A stretch of DNA of 64,000 nt. It comes from an uncultured Pseudomonadales bacterium (GTDB lineage Bacteria > Patescibacteriota > Microgenomatia > UBA1400 > UBA12108). The notes beneath the pieces were generated by a model. That model was not told the DNA's origin and made no database searches. It saw only the letters and a list, made by a program, of their open reading frames with translations. A program made the translations under genes and the position numbers. Below, piece by piece: positions 30,390-39,764 of this stretch (the first letter of the stretch is position 1; each line of letters opens with the position of its first letter). Location of the stretch: contig CAZZNJ010000001.1 in NCBI GenBank assembly GCA_964655755.1, positions 53,250-117,249 of the forward strand, given 5' to 3'.

Positions 30390-31505
30390 ATGAACCATAA
30401 ACTAGCACTCGCGATAGATATCAACGAAGCCAACGTAAAGAACCGGGTCGGGACTGGTCAATACGCCTACAATATCCTAAAGCGACTACCCGCCCTCGCT
30501 CCTCAGACTGCTTTTCACCTATACCACCGCGATCCGCTCGTCGGCGATCTGCCGCCGGAGTCCGCTCACTGGCATTACCACCAGGTCAGGCCCAGTAGGG
30601 CGTGGTTGCGTTTTGGTTTGCCCCTGCGCCTGCTATTCTCGCCCATTAACCACACCTCCTTTTGGTCACCGGCCCACTACGCGCCCAGCTACCTCGGTAG
30701 TCCCTCGGTCGTGACTATCCACGACCTAGCTTACGAATATTTTCCTGACCTCTTTCTCCCGTCTGATCTCTACAAACTCAAAAACTGGACTAGGTCTGCC
30801 GTCGCCCGCGCCTCCTCACTGATCGCTGTCTCGGCTGCCACCAAGGCCGATCTCGTCAAACTCTACGGGATCGACCCCCGCAAAATTACTGTGATCCACA
30901 ACGGCTACGACTCCGACTTCTTTAACACAAAAAACGATATCAACAAATCAATTATTGGTAATTGGTCATTGGCTATTGGTAATTACATTCTCTTCTTGGG
31001 GACCATCCAGCCCCGCAAAAACGCCATCAAGCTGGTGCAGGCTTTTCGTCTCCTCAAAGAGCAGGGGTACAAGGGTAAGCTCTGTCTCGCCGGCAACATC
31101 GGCTGGCTGGCTGACGAGACGCTCGCCGTCATCAACGCTTCGCCTGACCGCCAGGACATCGTCCTAACCGGCTACGTTAGTGACGAAGCCAGGCTCACCC
31201 TCTATCTCGGCTGTGACGTTTATGTTCTGCCTTCCCTCTACGAAGGTTTTGGGTTACCGGCGGTTGAGGCCATGGCTTGTGGCGCCCCGGTTGCCGTGGC
31301 CAACAATAGTAGTCTCCCGGAGGTAGTCGGGCGTGCCGGACTCCTCTTTAACGAGCGGGATCCCGCCGACATTGCCCGTGCCATCCTCGCGCTCAAAAAA
31401 GACCGTGCCGGCTGGGCCAAAAAATCCCTCGCCCGCGCCAAACATTTCTCCTGGGACCACTGTGCCAAAGAAACCTTGTCAGTATTGACTAGAAACGCAA
31501 AGTAG
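30390..31505 (+). CDS. glycosyltransferase family 4 (GT-B), tandem paralogue of previous
   Basis: LYEGFGLPAVEAMACGAPVAVANNSSLPEVVGRAG. Contains an imperfect ATTGGNN x4 repeat at 30951-30985. Confidence 0.75.
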   Translation: MNHKLALAIDINEANVKNRVGTGQYAYNILKRLPALAPQTAFHLYHRDPLVGDLPPESAHWHYHQVRPSRAWLRFGLPLRLLFSPINHTSFWSPAHYAPSYLGSPSVVTIHDLAYEYFPDLFLPSDLYKLKNWTRSAVARASSLIAVSAATKADLVKLYGIDPRKITVIHNGYDSDFFNTKNDINKSIIGNWSLAIGNYILFLGTIQPRKNAIKLVQAFRLLKEQGYKGKLCLAGNIGWLADETLAVINASPDRQDIVLTGYVSDEARLTLYLGCDVYVLPSLYEGFGLPAVEAMACGAPVAVANNSSLPEVVGRAGLLFNERDPADIARAILALKKDRAGWAKKSLARAKHFSWDHCAKETLSVLTRNAK

Positions 31506-31522
31506 AATAGACTGACAGTCGG

Positions 31523-31568
31523 GAATGGAGTATTCCATTCGCAGAATCGGGGCGCAAGCCCCTTTTTT
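31523..31568 (+). terminator. two adjacent hairpins; second is a rho-independent terminator (GGGGC-GCAA-GCCCC + T6)
   Basis: Hairpin 1 is GAATGGA-gtat-TCCATTC at 31523-31540. Hairpin 2 is a GC stem with a GNRA loop followed by TTTTTT at 31549-31568. They lie between convergent genes. Confidence 0.7.
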
Positions 31569-31574
31569 GATAGA

Positions 31575-32399
31575 TTAAGGGAAAACAGAGACTTTTAGTA
31601 TTTTTGATTCGTAAGTTTTTTTCTTAACAAAATGATCGTTTCTACAATTGTGAAAAGGGACAAAGTTATCATAGAGAGGGTAAGCAACTAGATCGGCAAT
31701 TTGTAGACCTATATGGTTTTGTGATTTGCGAATAATTAACAAATCTACGACATACTGCCTCAGTGTTCTACCAGCTACTTTACCGATACCAGACTTTTGA
31801 TAATTATAAAAAGCCTCAAGCAACTTAAGATCCTCTACTTCTCCTCTAGCTTCAGCAATAATTAACCCTCGTCTTTTATTCTTTTCTAAATACAGATAAT
31901 AATCAAGCATTAGGCGCTTAAGTGCTATCTGGTATAGATTAATTTCTTTGGGTCCGCATACTTTATTCAAACCGGGCACATTTTTTATCAGCGTCAATTT
32001 GTCTTGCTTGTAAACACCATAAATTAGTGCCGTTTTTTGTTTATCAATAAAACTAGCTAATATTTTAAATTTTGTGCTTTCGATAAACTGATTAAGTAGC
32101 GTAATTAAGCTTTGATATTTTGCTGGGCTTTTTCCGATAAAAGCGTAAGATTTTTTCTTGCCCAAGATCTCTACATAGTGAAATGGCACAAACTTGCCCA
32201 TTCCATGGATACGATTTTGTATCCTCCTTCCTTCCAGGTTAAGCTCAGGAAACGTTGCTCCAGGTATAATAACTCCACATAATCCAAAATGTCGTCGATT
32301 TGTGATACTTCTAATTTCGATTCTTGATTTAGCACTCAGTTCAGATAGATTAGGGGAGTCTCTCTCGTCTAGGCATAGCAGATCAAAGGCAAGCTTCAT
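31575..32399 (-). CDS. DUF3800-family protein
   Basis: Hallmark C-terminal motif LQIADLVAYPL. AT-rich (~35% GC), opposite strand to all neighbours. Confidence 0.55.
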   Translation of the reverse strand: MKLAFDLLCLDERDSPNLSELSAKSRIEIRSITNRRHFGLCGVIIPGATFPELNLEGRRIQNRIHGMGKFVPFHYVEILGKKKSYAFIGKSPAKYQSLITLLNQFIESTKFKILASFIDKQKTALIYGVYKQDKLTLIKNVPGLNKVCGPKEINLYQIALKRLMLDYYLYLEKNKRRGLIIAEARGEVEDLKLLEAFYNYQKSGIGKVAGRTLRQYVVDLLIIRKSQNHIGLQIADLVAYPLYDNFVPFHNCRNDHFVKKKTYESKILKVSVFP

Positions 32400-32409
32400 C
32401 TTAATGATA

Positions 32410-32423
32410 TTCTAGTACTAGAA
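32410..32423. promoter_or_regulatory. perfect 14-bp palindrome TTCTAGTACTAGAA immediately upstream of the DUF3800 start codon (divergent promoter region)
   Basis: Read directly. Lies 11 nt 5' of the minus-strand ATG, in the 80-bp divergent intergenic region. Confidence 0.5.
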
Positions 32424-32480
32424 ATCTCGGTTTGCTATGATCAAAGTAAGTGATTATTATCGCTTGATATATATTGCAAT

Positions 32481-32987
32481 ATGATCAACTGCACTTTTGA
32501 AAATGGTAACATCGCCAGTCCCGGGATCCGGCATGTCACAACCTCAAATATAATTTTAAATGACAAGAATCAGTTGTTAATGTGTTTAAGAGGAAACAAA
32601 AACGGTCAGCCTATTCTAGAGAGTGGTAAATGGGGTTTGCTTGGTGGGTTTGTTGATCGAGATGAGACTATATCTGAATCAGTAAGAAGAGAAGTGCTAG
32701 AAGAATCTGGTTGGACTCTTGATGACATGTATTTACTCTGCATAAATGACAATCCAAATCGCCCCAAAGAAGACCGTCAAAATATCGACTTTGTCTACGT
32801 TTCATATGTCGTTAGCCAAAAACAAGTAATCGACGAAGAAGTCAAAGAGCTCCGTTGGTTTGATCTAGACAAGCTCCCGCCAGACGATCAAATCGCCTTT
32901 GATCATGCTCTCGCCATCAAGTTATACAAAAAACACACTCTTTCCCCGCTCCAACTACCCATCTTTGGCTACAGTGGGGTAGAATAA
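32481..32987 (+). CDS. Nudix hydrolase (possibly GDP-sugar hydrolase, Gmm-like)
   Basis: Nudix box [24 protein letters not shown]. Confidence 0.75.
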   Translation: MINCTFENGNIASPGIRHVTTSNIILNDKNQLLMCLRGNKNGQPILESGKWGLLGGFVDRDETISESVRREVLEESGWTLDDMYLLCINDNPNRPKEDRQNIDFVYVSYVVSQKQVIDEEVKELRWFDLDKLPPDDQIAFDHALAIKLYKKHTLSPLQLPIFGYSGVE

Positions 32988-32992
32988 ACCCT

Positions 32993-33598
32993 ATGAACTT
33001 TCCTCTCAAAGACAAACACGGGAAAAATCTAACCTGGGCGGAGGGGTTAAACAAAATCACAACCCGTTTTGAGTCCTATCTGCTCGACTTTACCTTACTG
33101 TGTCTCCACTTAACCACCCACCTCCCTAGTCACACCCTCCGTAACTGGATCTGGCGCTGCGTCGGCCTCAAGCTGGGATCCAAGAGCACGCTCCACACCG
33201 GGGTGCGGGTCTATGATCCCCGCCATATCCGGGTAGGGGAGGGGACTATCATTGGTTATGGGTGTTTTATCGATGGCCGCGCCCAGGTCGTTATTGGCAG
33301 TCATACCGACATCGCCAGCGAGGTCATGATCTACAGTAGCGAGCACGACATTCACTCCCCCGAGTTTGCTCCCCACAGCGCGCCCGTCCATATCGGCGAC
33401 TACGTTTTTATTGGTCCTCGGGCCATTATTTTGCCTGGGGTAAAGGTCGGCGACCGTGCCGTCGTGGCCGCTGGAGCAGTGGTGACCAAAGATGTAGGAG
33501 CAGGGGAGATCGTGGGCGGCGTCCCCGCCAAGGTGATCGGGGAGCGTCAGCTCAAAAATCCTCACTACCGCCTCGGGAGATTTAAGCTATTTCAGTAA
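32993..33598 (+). CDS. hexapeptide-repeat (LbH) sugar O-/N-acetyltransferase
   Basis: Repeated [LIV]G-x4 hexapeptides ([31 protein letters not shown]). Confidence 0.7.
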   Translation: MNFPLKDKHGKNLTWAEGLNKITTRFESYLLDFTLLCLHLTTHLPSHTLRNWIWRCVGLKLGSKSTLHTGVRVYDPRHIRVGEGTIIGYGCFIDGRAQVVIGSHTDIASEVMIYSSEHDIHSPEFAPHSAPVHIGDYVFIGPRAIILPGVKVGDRAVVAAGAVVTKDVGAGEIVGGVPAKVIGERQLKNPHYRLGRFKLFQ

Positions 33599-33618
33599 TA
33601 CTACAGGAGTCAGACTCT

Positions 33619-34542
33619 ATGAAAAATAACGTCAAAACCAAACCCCTTGTTTCGGTTATTATGGTGAGCTACAACACCCGCGCCTACACCGTCAAGGCTA
33701 TGCAGAGCGCCTTGGACAGTCAGGGCTTTAAGCCTGGCGAGATCGAAGTGATCATGGTCGACAACAACTCCCCCGACGACTCTGTCGCCTATACCCGCAA
33801 ACACTTGCCAGCGGTCAAAGTTATTGCCAACAAAGTCAACACTGGTTTTGGGGGAGGCAATAATCAGGGTATCCAAGCGGCTCGGGGGCAGTACCTCCTC
33901 CTCCTCAATCCCGATGCGTTTCTCGAAAAAAAATCCTTGCGTCTCCTGACCGACATCCTCATCCACAATCCTGATATTGTCTCTGTTGGTCCCCAGCTCC
34001 GCTACGCAGATGGCTCCCTCCAACAGTCCGCCGGCTACCTCCCGACCCCTCTGCGGGTGACTGCCTGGATGTGGTGGCTCGACAAGCTCCCGCTCATTAA
34101 GCGGCTCTTTCCGACCCCTTATCATGTCTTTGATCTCGATTGGCACAAAACCGACCATTATCCCGAATGGCTCATGGGCGCCTGCATCATGTTTAGGCGT
34201 GACGAATTTTTGGCAGCCGGGGGTTTTGACGACAAAATCTTTATGTACGCCGAAGAAGTCGAGCTGTACCGCCGACTCAAAGAAAGTCTGGGCAAAAAAG
34301 TCTTCTTTACCACTAGTACCAAAGTCGTCCACATCGGGAGCGTCAGCACCAAAAAAGCCAACGCTTATCGCCTCAATTTTGAGCTCAAGGGGATTGAGTA
34401 CATCTACAAAAAACACTACCCCCATCTCTACTGGTACATCAAATTTGTCATCACTGTCGGGGTTATCCTGCGCCTGATCCTCTTTAGCCTGATCCCCTCG
34501 CGTCGCGACACCCTGGTTGAATACAAAAAATATTTCTCATGA
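33619..34542 (+). CDS. glycosyltransferase family 2
   Basis: VSVIMVSYNTRAY...VDNNSPDDS and a DxD in LLLNPDAF. Confidence 0.75.
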   Translation: MKNNVKTKPLVSVIMVSYNTRAYTVKAMQSALDSQGFKPGEIEVIMVDNNSPDDSVAYTRKHLPAVKVIANKVNTGFGGGNNQGIQAARGQYLLLLNPDAFLEKKSLRLLTDILIHNPDIVSVGPQLRYADGSLQQSAGYLPTPLRVTAWMWWLDKLPLIKRLFPTPYHVFDLDWHKTDHYPEWLMGACIMFRRDEFLAAGGFDDKIFMYAEEVELYRRLKESLGKKVFFTTSTKVVHIGSVSTKKANAYRLNFELKGIEYIYKKHYPHLYWYIKFVITVGVILRLILFSLIPSRRDTLVEYKKYFS

Positions 34543-36179
34543 AAAAAATTCTCACTTGGCTCGACCACAACCTTCTTACCCTCCTGACAGGGTTTCTGCT
34601 CGTTTTTATTCCTCTCTACCCCAAGATCCCGATGGCCGAGCTGATCCAGGGCTATATTGTCCGGATGCGCCTCGAGGATCTCTTGGTCTTAGGCACCTCT
34701 GCCGTTTGGGTTGTTCAGCTCCTCCGAGGTCGGGTGAGTCTCCCCAAAAATTACTTAACCTACTCGATCCTTGCTTATCTCGTCGTCGGCCTCCTCTCGG
34801 TACTCTCCTCGCTGTTTGTGACCGAGTCTACACCCATGGAGAAAGCGCATGTGCTCAAATTAATTTTGCACTATTTCCGCCGGATCGAGTACTTTGCACT
34901 TTTCTTTGTTACCTACAGTGCCATCCGCACCAAAAAAGACTTTAACTTATTCCTCAAAATCGCGTTAGTTACCTTAATCGGGGTCGTCTTGTATGGGATC
35001 GGGCAAAAATACTTTTACTTCCCCGCCTTCTCCACGATGAATCGCGAGTTTAGTAAGGGGGTTAGGCTCTACCTCCAGCCTAATACTCGGCTCTTTAGTA
35101 CCTTTGGCGGGCACTATGACCTGGCTGGCTACTTGACCATCTTGCTGAGCTTTGTCCTCCCGGCCGCTTACCTCGCCCGCTCCAAACTCCAAAAAACTGG
35201 CCTCTACCTCCTGGCTCTCTTTGCCTATTGGTCCTTAGTCTTGACCACGTCGCGCACTTCCTTTGTTGGTTACTTGGCTGGCACAACCCTGATTTGTTAT
35301 CTCTTGATCCGGTTTAAGGGCTGGTGGTGGAGTTTTAGGCACTACGCCCTCACCCTCCTCGTTTCGCTGATAATTATGTTCAGCTTTAGCACCCTGCTCG
35401 AGCGCTTTACTCAGGTAATTCCCGACAAAAACCTCCGCGACAAGATCCTGGCAGTCCAACAAATTATCAACCAACCCTTTGTGCAGCAACCAGAGGGGAG
35501 TACCACTGTTTCCGAGCTCCCGAGTCTCCTGGCCTTTCTCTTCAAAAATGAACCTCTCAAACCGATCGAGTTAACCGAAGTCGAAAAAACTCAGCTAGAC
35601 ATCGTGGCTTCTAGCTCCGATATGCCCCCGAGTCCTGTCAAACCCACGCCCACCCCGCGCCCCAACCTGCCGACCGATGTCAGCGAGGAATCGGAGTCAA
35701 TCCGGGAGCAGGCCGCCGTCGACGAAGGGCGGGAGTATACCGGTCCGCAGTACAGCGCCAACGCCCTCAAATATGGTCTCTCGATGGGTATCAGATTAGA
35801 TGTTTTGTGGCCCAATGCTCTGCGTGGTTTTATGACCAATCCTCTCCTCGGCACCGGCTATGCCACATTGGTCAAAAGCAATGTCGGCGAGTTTACTTAT
35901 GCCGAGAGTACCGACAACGACTACTTGCGGATGTTAGGCGAAACCGGGCTCCTCGGTACCCTCACTTTTTTAAGTATCCTCTACTTAGTCCTGCGCTATA
36001 GTTATCGCCTCCTCCAAAAGAGTTCGACCCAGGTTGATCTGCTCGCTTTGGGCACTCTCGGCGCCACCGTCGCCCTCTTGATCACTGCCACCTACATCGA
36101 TATTTTTGAAAGTAGCAAGGTTGCCTACACTTATTGGATGTTAGTCGGGCTGCTCGCGTATCGCTATGACCAAACTTAA
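34539..36179 (+). CDS. O-antigen ligase/polymerase-like (Wzy_C-type) polytopic membrane protein
   Basis: ~12 TM helices plus a central Pro/Ser/Thr-rich periplasmic loop. This architecture is typical of O-antigen-ligase-domain proteins. Confidence 0.45.
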   Translation: MKKILTWLDHNLLTLLTGFLLVFIPLYPKIPMAELIQGYIVRMRLEDLLVLGTSAVWVVQLLRGRVSLPKNYLTYSILAYLVVGLLSVLSSLFVTESTPMEKAHVLKLILHYFRRIEYFALFFVTYSAIRTKKDFNLFLKIALVTLIGVVLYGIGQKYFYFPAFSTMNREFSKGVRLYLQPNTRLFSTFGGHYDLAGYLTILLSFVLPAAYLARSKLQKTGLYLLALFAYWSLVLTTSRTSFVGYLAGTTLICYLLIRFKGWWWSFRHYALTLLVSLIIMFSFSTLLERFTQVIPDKNLRDKILAVQQIINQPFVQQPEGSTTVSELPSLLAFLFKNEPLKPIELTEVEKTQLDIVASSSDMPPSPVKPTPTPRPNLPTDVSEESESIREQAAVDEGREYTGPQYSANALKYGLSMGIRLDVLWPNALRGFMTNPLLGTGYATLVKSNVGEFTYAESTDNDYLRMLGETGLLGTLTFLSILYLVLRYSYRLLQKSSTQVDLLALGTLGATVALLITATYIDIFESSKVAYTYWMLVGLLAYRYDQT

Positions 36180-37590
36180 CCTCCTGCTCCTCGCCATCAT
36201 TCTGATTCTGGGGTTCTCGCTCCGGCTCTACCGCCTCGATGCTCCGCTGGCCGATTGGCACAGTTGGCGCCAGGCCGATACAGCCAGCGTGGCCCGGGAA
36301 TACGCCAAGCATGGGATCGACCTCGCCCGCCCCAAGTACCATGACCTAAGTAGTATCCCCTCTGGTCTCGACAATCTCGAGGGGCATCGGTTCGTTGAGT
36401 TCCCCCTGATTAACGCGCTGCATGGTTACCTCGCCAAAAACTACCCGCAACTGGGCTTGGTTGAGTGGGGTAGGGTCCTCTCGATTATCTCCTCGACCCT
36501 CTCCGCGCTCCTCATCTACTTGATTATGCAACATGTCAGTACGCCCCTCGCCGCCACGGTCTCGGCGCTTGTTTATGCCACCCTTCCCTACAACCTTTTT
36601 TACGGGCGCGTTATCTTGCCAGAACCACACCTCGTCCTCTTTATGCTCCTGTCGCTCTATAGCTATTTGCGCTACTACGACTCCGGCAGACTCCTCCCCC
36701 TCGTCTCCTATTTCTTTAGTCTCATCCTTGCAACCTTGCTCAAACCCACTGCCCTCGTGATTATGATCCCCATCCTGCTCTACGCTCTCTTTGGTGCCAA
36801 ACCAAACTGGCGCCGGCTCGGGATTATCCTGGGCACGAGCGCGCTCTCCATGGTCCCTTATGGTCTCTGGCGCAGCTACGTCGCCAATTTTCCGGCTGGA
36901 GTCCCCGCCAACTCCTGGCTTTTCAATGGTAACGGGATTAGGTTTAAGGGTGCCTGGCTACGGTGGCTTTTTGGGGATCGGCTGGGTCGCTTGATCCTCG
37001 GTTACTGGGGCATGATCCCGCTCGCCTACGGTTTTCTCGCCCTCGGCAAAAATCGGCGGGAGACCACGCTGGTGGGTGGCCTAGCCCTCGCTAGTCTCGT
37101 GTATCTCTCAGTCATCGCCACCGGCAACGTCCAGCACGATTACTATCAGATCCAGATTATTCCTAGTCTGGCGATGTTAATCGGCCTCGGGGTCAGCTAC
37201 CTTTATACCCTCCGAAAAAACCTATTCTCAAAAATTACTTTAACCTTGTTCCTTGCTGCTTGTTACTTGATTTCCCTGGCCCTCGGCTGGTACGAGGTTC
37301 GCGGCTACTTTAACATCAACAACCCCGCCATCGTCCAGGCTGGGTCTCGGATCGATGCTCTCACTCCGGCTGATGCCTTGGTCATTGCTCCCTACATGGG
37401 TGACACTGCTTTCCTTTTTCAGACCAATCGCCGGGGTTGGCCCATTGGGGGAGCCATCGATCAAAAAATCAAGGATGGGGCGAGCTACTATGTCACCACC
37501 ACCCGCGACGCTGAGTACCAACAAGTCGTTAGCCAGCACACTTTAGTCGAAGAAACCGACCAATACAGCATTATAAAATTATCAAAATAA
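36166..37590 (+). CDS. GT-C family glycosyltransferase (ArnT/PMT-like)
   Basis: N-terminal RLYRLDAPLADWHSWRQADTASVAREY is the typical ArnT-like first periplasmic loop. Many TM helices. Confidence 0.5.
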   Translation: MTKLNLLLLAIILILGFSLRLYRLDAPLADWHSWRQADTASVAREYAKHGIDLARPKYHDLSSIPSGLDNLEGHRFVEFPLINALHGYLAKNYPQLGLVEWGRVLSIISSTLSALLIYLIMQHVSTPLAATVSALVYATLPYNLFYGRVILPEPHLVLFMLLSLYSYLRYYDSGRLLPLVSYFFSLILATLLKPTALVIMIPILLYALFGAKPNWRRLGIILGTSALSMVPYGLWRSYVANFPAGVPANSWLFNGNGIRFKGAWLRWLFGDRLGRLILGYWGMIPLAYGFLALGKNRRETTLVGGLALASLVYLSVIATGNVQHDYYQIQIIPSLAMLIGLGVSYLYTLRKNLFSKITLTLFLAACYLISLALGWYEVRGYFNINNPAIVQAGSRIDALTPADALVIAPYMGDTAFLFQTNRRGWPIGGAIDQKIKDGASYYVTTTRDAEYQQVVSQHTLVEETDQYSIIKLSK

Positions 37591-37632
37591 CCTTGGACCT
37601 GTGACTCATTACTCACTACCCATTACCGACCT

Positions 37633-38826
37633 ATGAAAATCCTCATGCTCACCCCCTACCTCCCTTACCCCTTAGTTTCGGGGGGGCAGATCAGGACCTA
37701 CAACCTCCTCAAAGCCCTCAGTCAAACCCACGACATCACCTTGTTTGCACTGATCAAAGATGAGGCCGAACGCAAGCATCTCTCCGAACTCAAAAAATAC
37801 TGTCACAAAATCGTTTTATTCAAACGCACCAAACACCCGTTTGTTCTGCGCAACATTCTCCTGGCCGGGTTTACGGCCTACCCCTTTGTGGTGACCCGCA
37901 ACCTCCCGCTGGGGATGAAGGCGCGCATCAAAACCGAACTCAGCCAAGAGTCCTACGACCTCATCCACGCCGAGACCTTCTATATGATGCCCAACATCCC
38001 CGAAGGCACCAAAACCCCAGTCATCCTCGCTGAGCAAACCATCGAATATTTGGGCTACCAGGATTACATGAAAAAAGCCCACCCCCTGCTCCGCCCCATC
38101 CTCGCGATCGACGTCGCCAAAATTAAGTATTGGGAAAGGCATTATTGGCAAAAAGCCGACAAGCTCATCACCATGTCCCAGGACGATCGCCAATTCATCG
38201 AAGCTGAGCTGGGCACCCCCACCAATATTAGCGTCGTCGCCAACGGGGTAGACCTAGCGCACTTTTCGGCAGTCAAAAAAAGACTTCCCAAAACCCCCAC
38301 CGTCTTGTTTGTTGGCACTTTCAAGTGGCTGCCCAATATCGAGGCTGTTACCGAAATTGTCGAAAAAATCTGGCCGCTTATCAAGCAGCAGCTCCCAACT
38401 GCCAAACTCAAGATTGTCGGGTTTTCGCCAACCAAAAAAATCCAACAATATGCCACCGACTCCTCGATCGAGGTCCTAGGCGGCATCAAGGATATTCGCA
38501 CGGCCTTTGCCACTAGTCACCTGCTCCTCGCCCCGATCCGCAGTGGCAAGGGGACTCGGTACAAAGTCCTCGAAGCCATGATCACCAAAACTCCGGTTGT
38601 GGCGACCCCGCTCGCTGCCGAGGGGCTAGATTTGGAGGACGGCAAAAACGTGCTTTTGGCCAATACTGCCGTGGAGTTGGCAGCAGCCTCCCTCCGCCTT
38701 CTCCGCGATCCCGCCCTGCAACAAAGACTCGCCCTCGCTGGGCAAATGCTTGTGAAAAAAAACTACAGCTGGGATAGAATAGCCAGAGAACTAAGTCGCG
38801 TGTACAATCAGTATAAAACCAAATAA
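37633..38826 (+). CDS. glycosyltransferase family 4 (GT-B)
   Basis: N-terminal MKILMLTPYLPYPLVSGGQIRTYNLLKAL and C-terminal KVLEAMITKTPVVATP. Confidence 0.7.
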   Translation: MKILMLTPYLPYPLVSGGQIRTYNLLKALSQTHDITLFALIKDEAERKHLSELKKYCHKIVLFKRTKHPFVLRNILLAGFTAYPFVVTRNLPLGMKARIKTELSQESYDLIHAETFYMMPNIPEGTKTPVILAEQTIEYLGYQDYMKKAHPLLRPILAIDVAKIKYWERHYWQKADKLITMSQDDRQFIEAELGTPTNISVVANGVDLAHFSAVKKRLPKTPTVLFVGTFKWLPNIEAVTEIVEKIWPLIKQQLPTAKLKIVGFSPTKKIQQYATDSSIEVLGGIKDIRTAFATSHLLLAPIRSGKGTRYKVLEAMITKTPVVATPLAAEGLDLEDGKNVLLANTAVELAAASLRLLRDPALQQRLALAGQMLVKKNYSWDRIARELSRVYNQYKTK

Positions 38827-38835
38827 GGAGGTCAT

Positions 38836-39750
38836 GTGCCACTCAAAAAGAATCCCAAACCCGATGTTTCTGTCATCATCCTCAACTACAACGCCGAAAA
38901 ATTTTTGCGCGATACGCTCAACTCAGTGCTAATGCAAAAAGGTCTGCGGGTTGAGACGATCGTGGTCGACAATAATAGCAGTGACAACTCCCGCGCCATG
39001 GTCAAATCGGAGTTTCCGGGTGTCAAATGGGTCCAGCGGGACACCTCCCTCGGTTTTTCGGCTGGCAACAACGCTGGGCTACCCCATGCTCACGCCGACG
39101 TCATTCTGTTCCTCAACCCTGACGCTAGTTTTCAAAAACCAGGTGATCTCAAAAAATGTTATGACAAACTTTTGTCAGACCCCAGTATCGGCTGTTTGAC
39201 TGCCCGAGTTGACCTGGTTTTGACCAAGAGTATTGACGTTACCTGTCACCGTGGTTTTCCCACTCCCTGGGCTAGCTTTACCCACTTTACAGGGATCTCA
39301 CGGCTCTTTCCCCAGATCCCGCTCTTTAACCATTACACCAAAAACTATCTAGGCTACGACAACGAACATGACATCGACGCCGTTGGGGGCATGTTTATGC
39401 TCATGCGCCGGGAGGTCGGCGAAAAAGTAGGCTGGTGGGACGAAGACTACCCCCTCTATGGCGAGGACATCGATTTTTGTTACCGCATCCACCAAGCTGG
39501 TTACCGCAATCTTTATTGGCCTCAGGTCACTGTTTTGCATTACAAAGGGGTCACGACTGGCATGAGCAAGCAAAGCCAAGCTGTCTCCACGGCCAAAAAA
39601 GATACCATTCGTCGGGTAAAAGGGTGGTCCGTCCAGGCAATGGAGATTTTTTATCGCAAACATTATGCCCAAAAGTATCCCTTTTTCGTCAACTGGCTCG
39701 TGTATCTCGGGATCAAGTTTATGTACCTCGTTCGCGTTAAGCTAGCCTAA
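38836..39750 (+). CDS. glycosyltransferase family 2
   Basis: VSVIILNYNAEKFL...VVDNNSSDNS and LNPDASF. GTG start 4 nt after an AAGGAGG SD. Confidence 0.7.
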   Translation: MPLKKNPKPDVSVIILNYNAEKFLRDTLNSVLMQKGLRVETIVVDNNSSDNSRAMVKSEFPGVKWVQRDTSLGFSAGNNAGLPHAHADVILFLNPDASFQKPGDLKKCYDKLLSDPSIGCLTARVDLVLTKSIDVTCHRGFPTPWASFTHFTGISRLFPQIPLFNHYTKNYLGYDNEHDIDAVGGMFMLMRREVGEKVGWWDEDYPLYGEDIDFCYRIHQAGYRNLYWPQVTVLHYKGVTTGMSKQSQAVSTAKKDTIRRVKGWSVQAMEIFYRKHYAQKYPFFVNWLVYLGIKFMYLVRVKLA

Positions 39751-39764
39751 GCTATAATGCAGTC

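Noticed and set aside
33110-34425. Antisense ORFs 33110-33565(-) and 33610-34425(-), and many similar antisense/off-frame ORFs in GC-rich genes (e.g. 37816-38193, 39912-40394, 41775-42224, 44431-44970, 51019-51594, 57046-57648)
   Set aside because: These are typical GC-rich frame artefacts. They overlap well-supported genes with recognisable motifs and have Ala/Gly/Arg/Pro-rich low-complexity translations.
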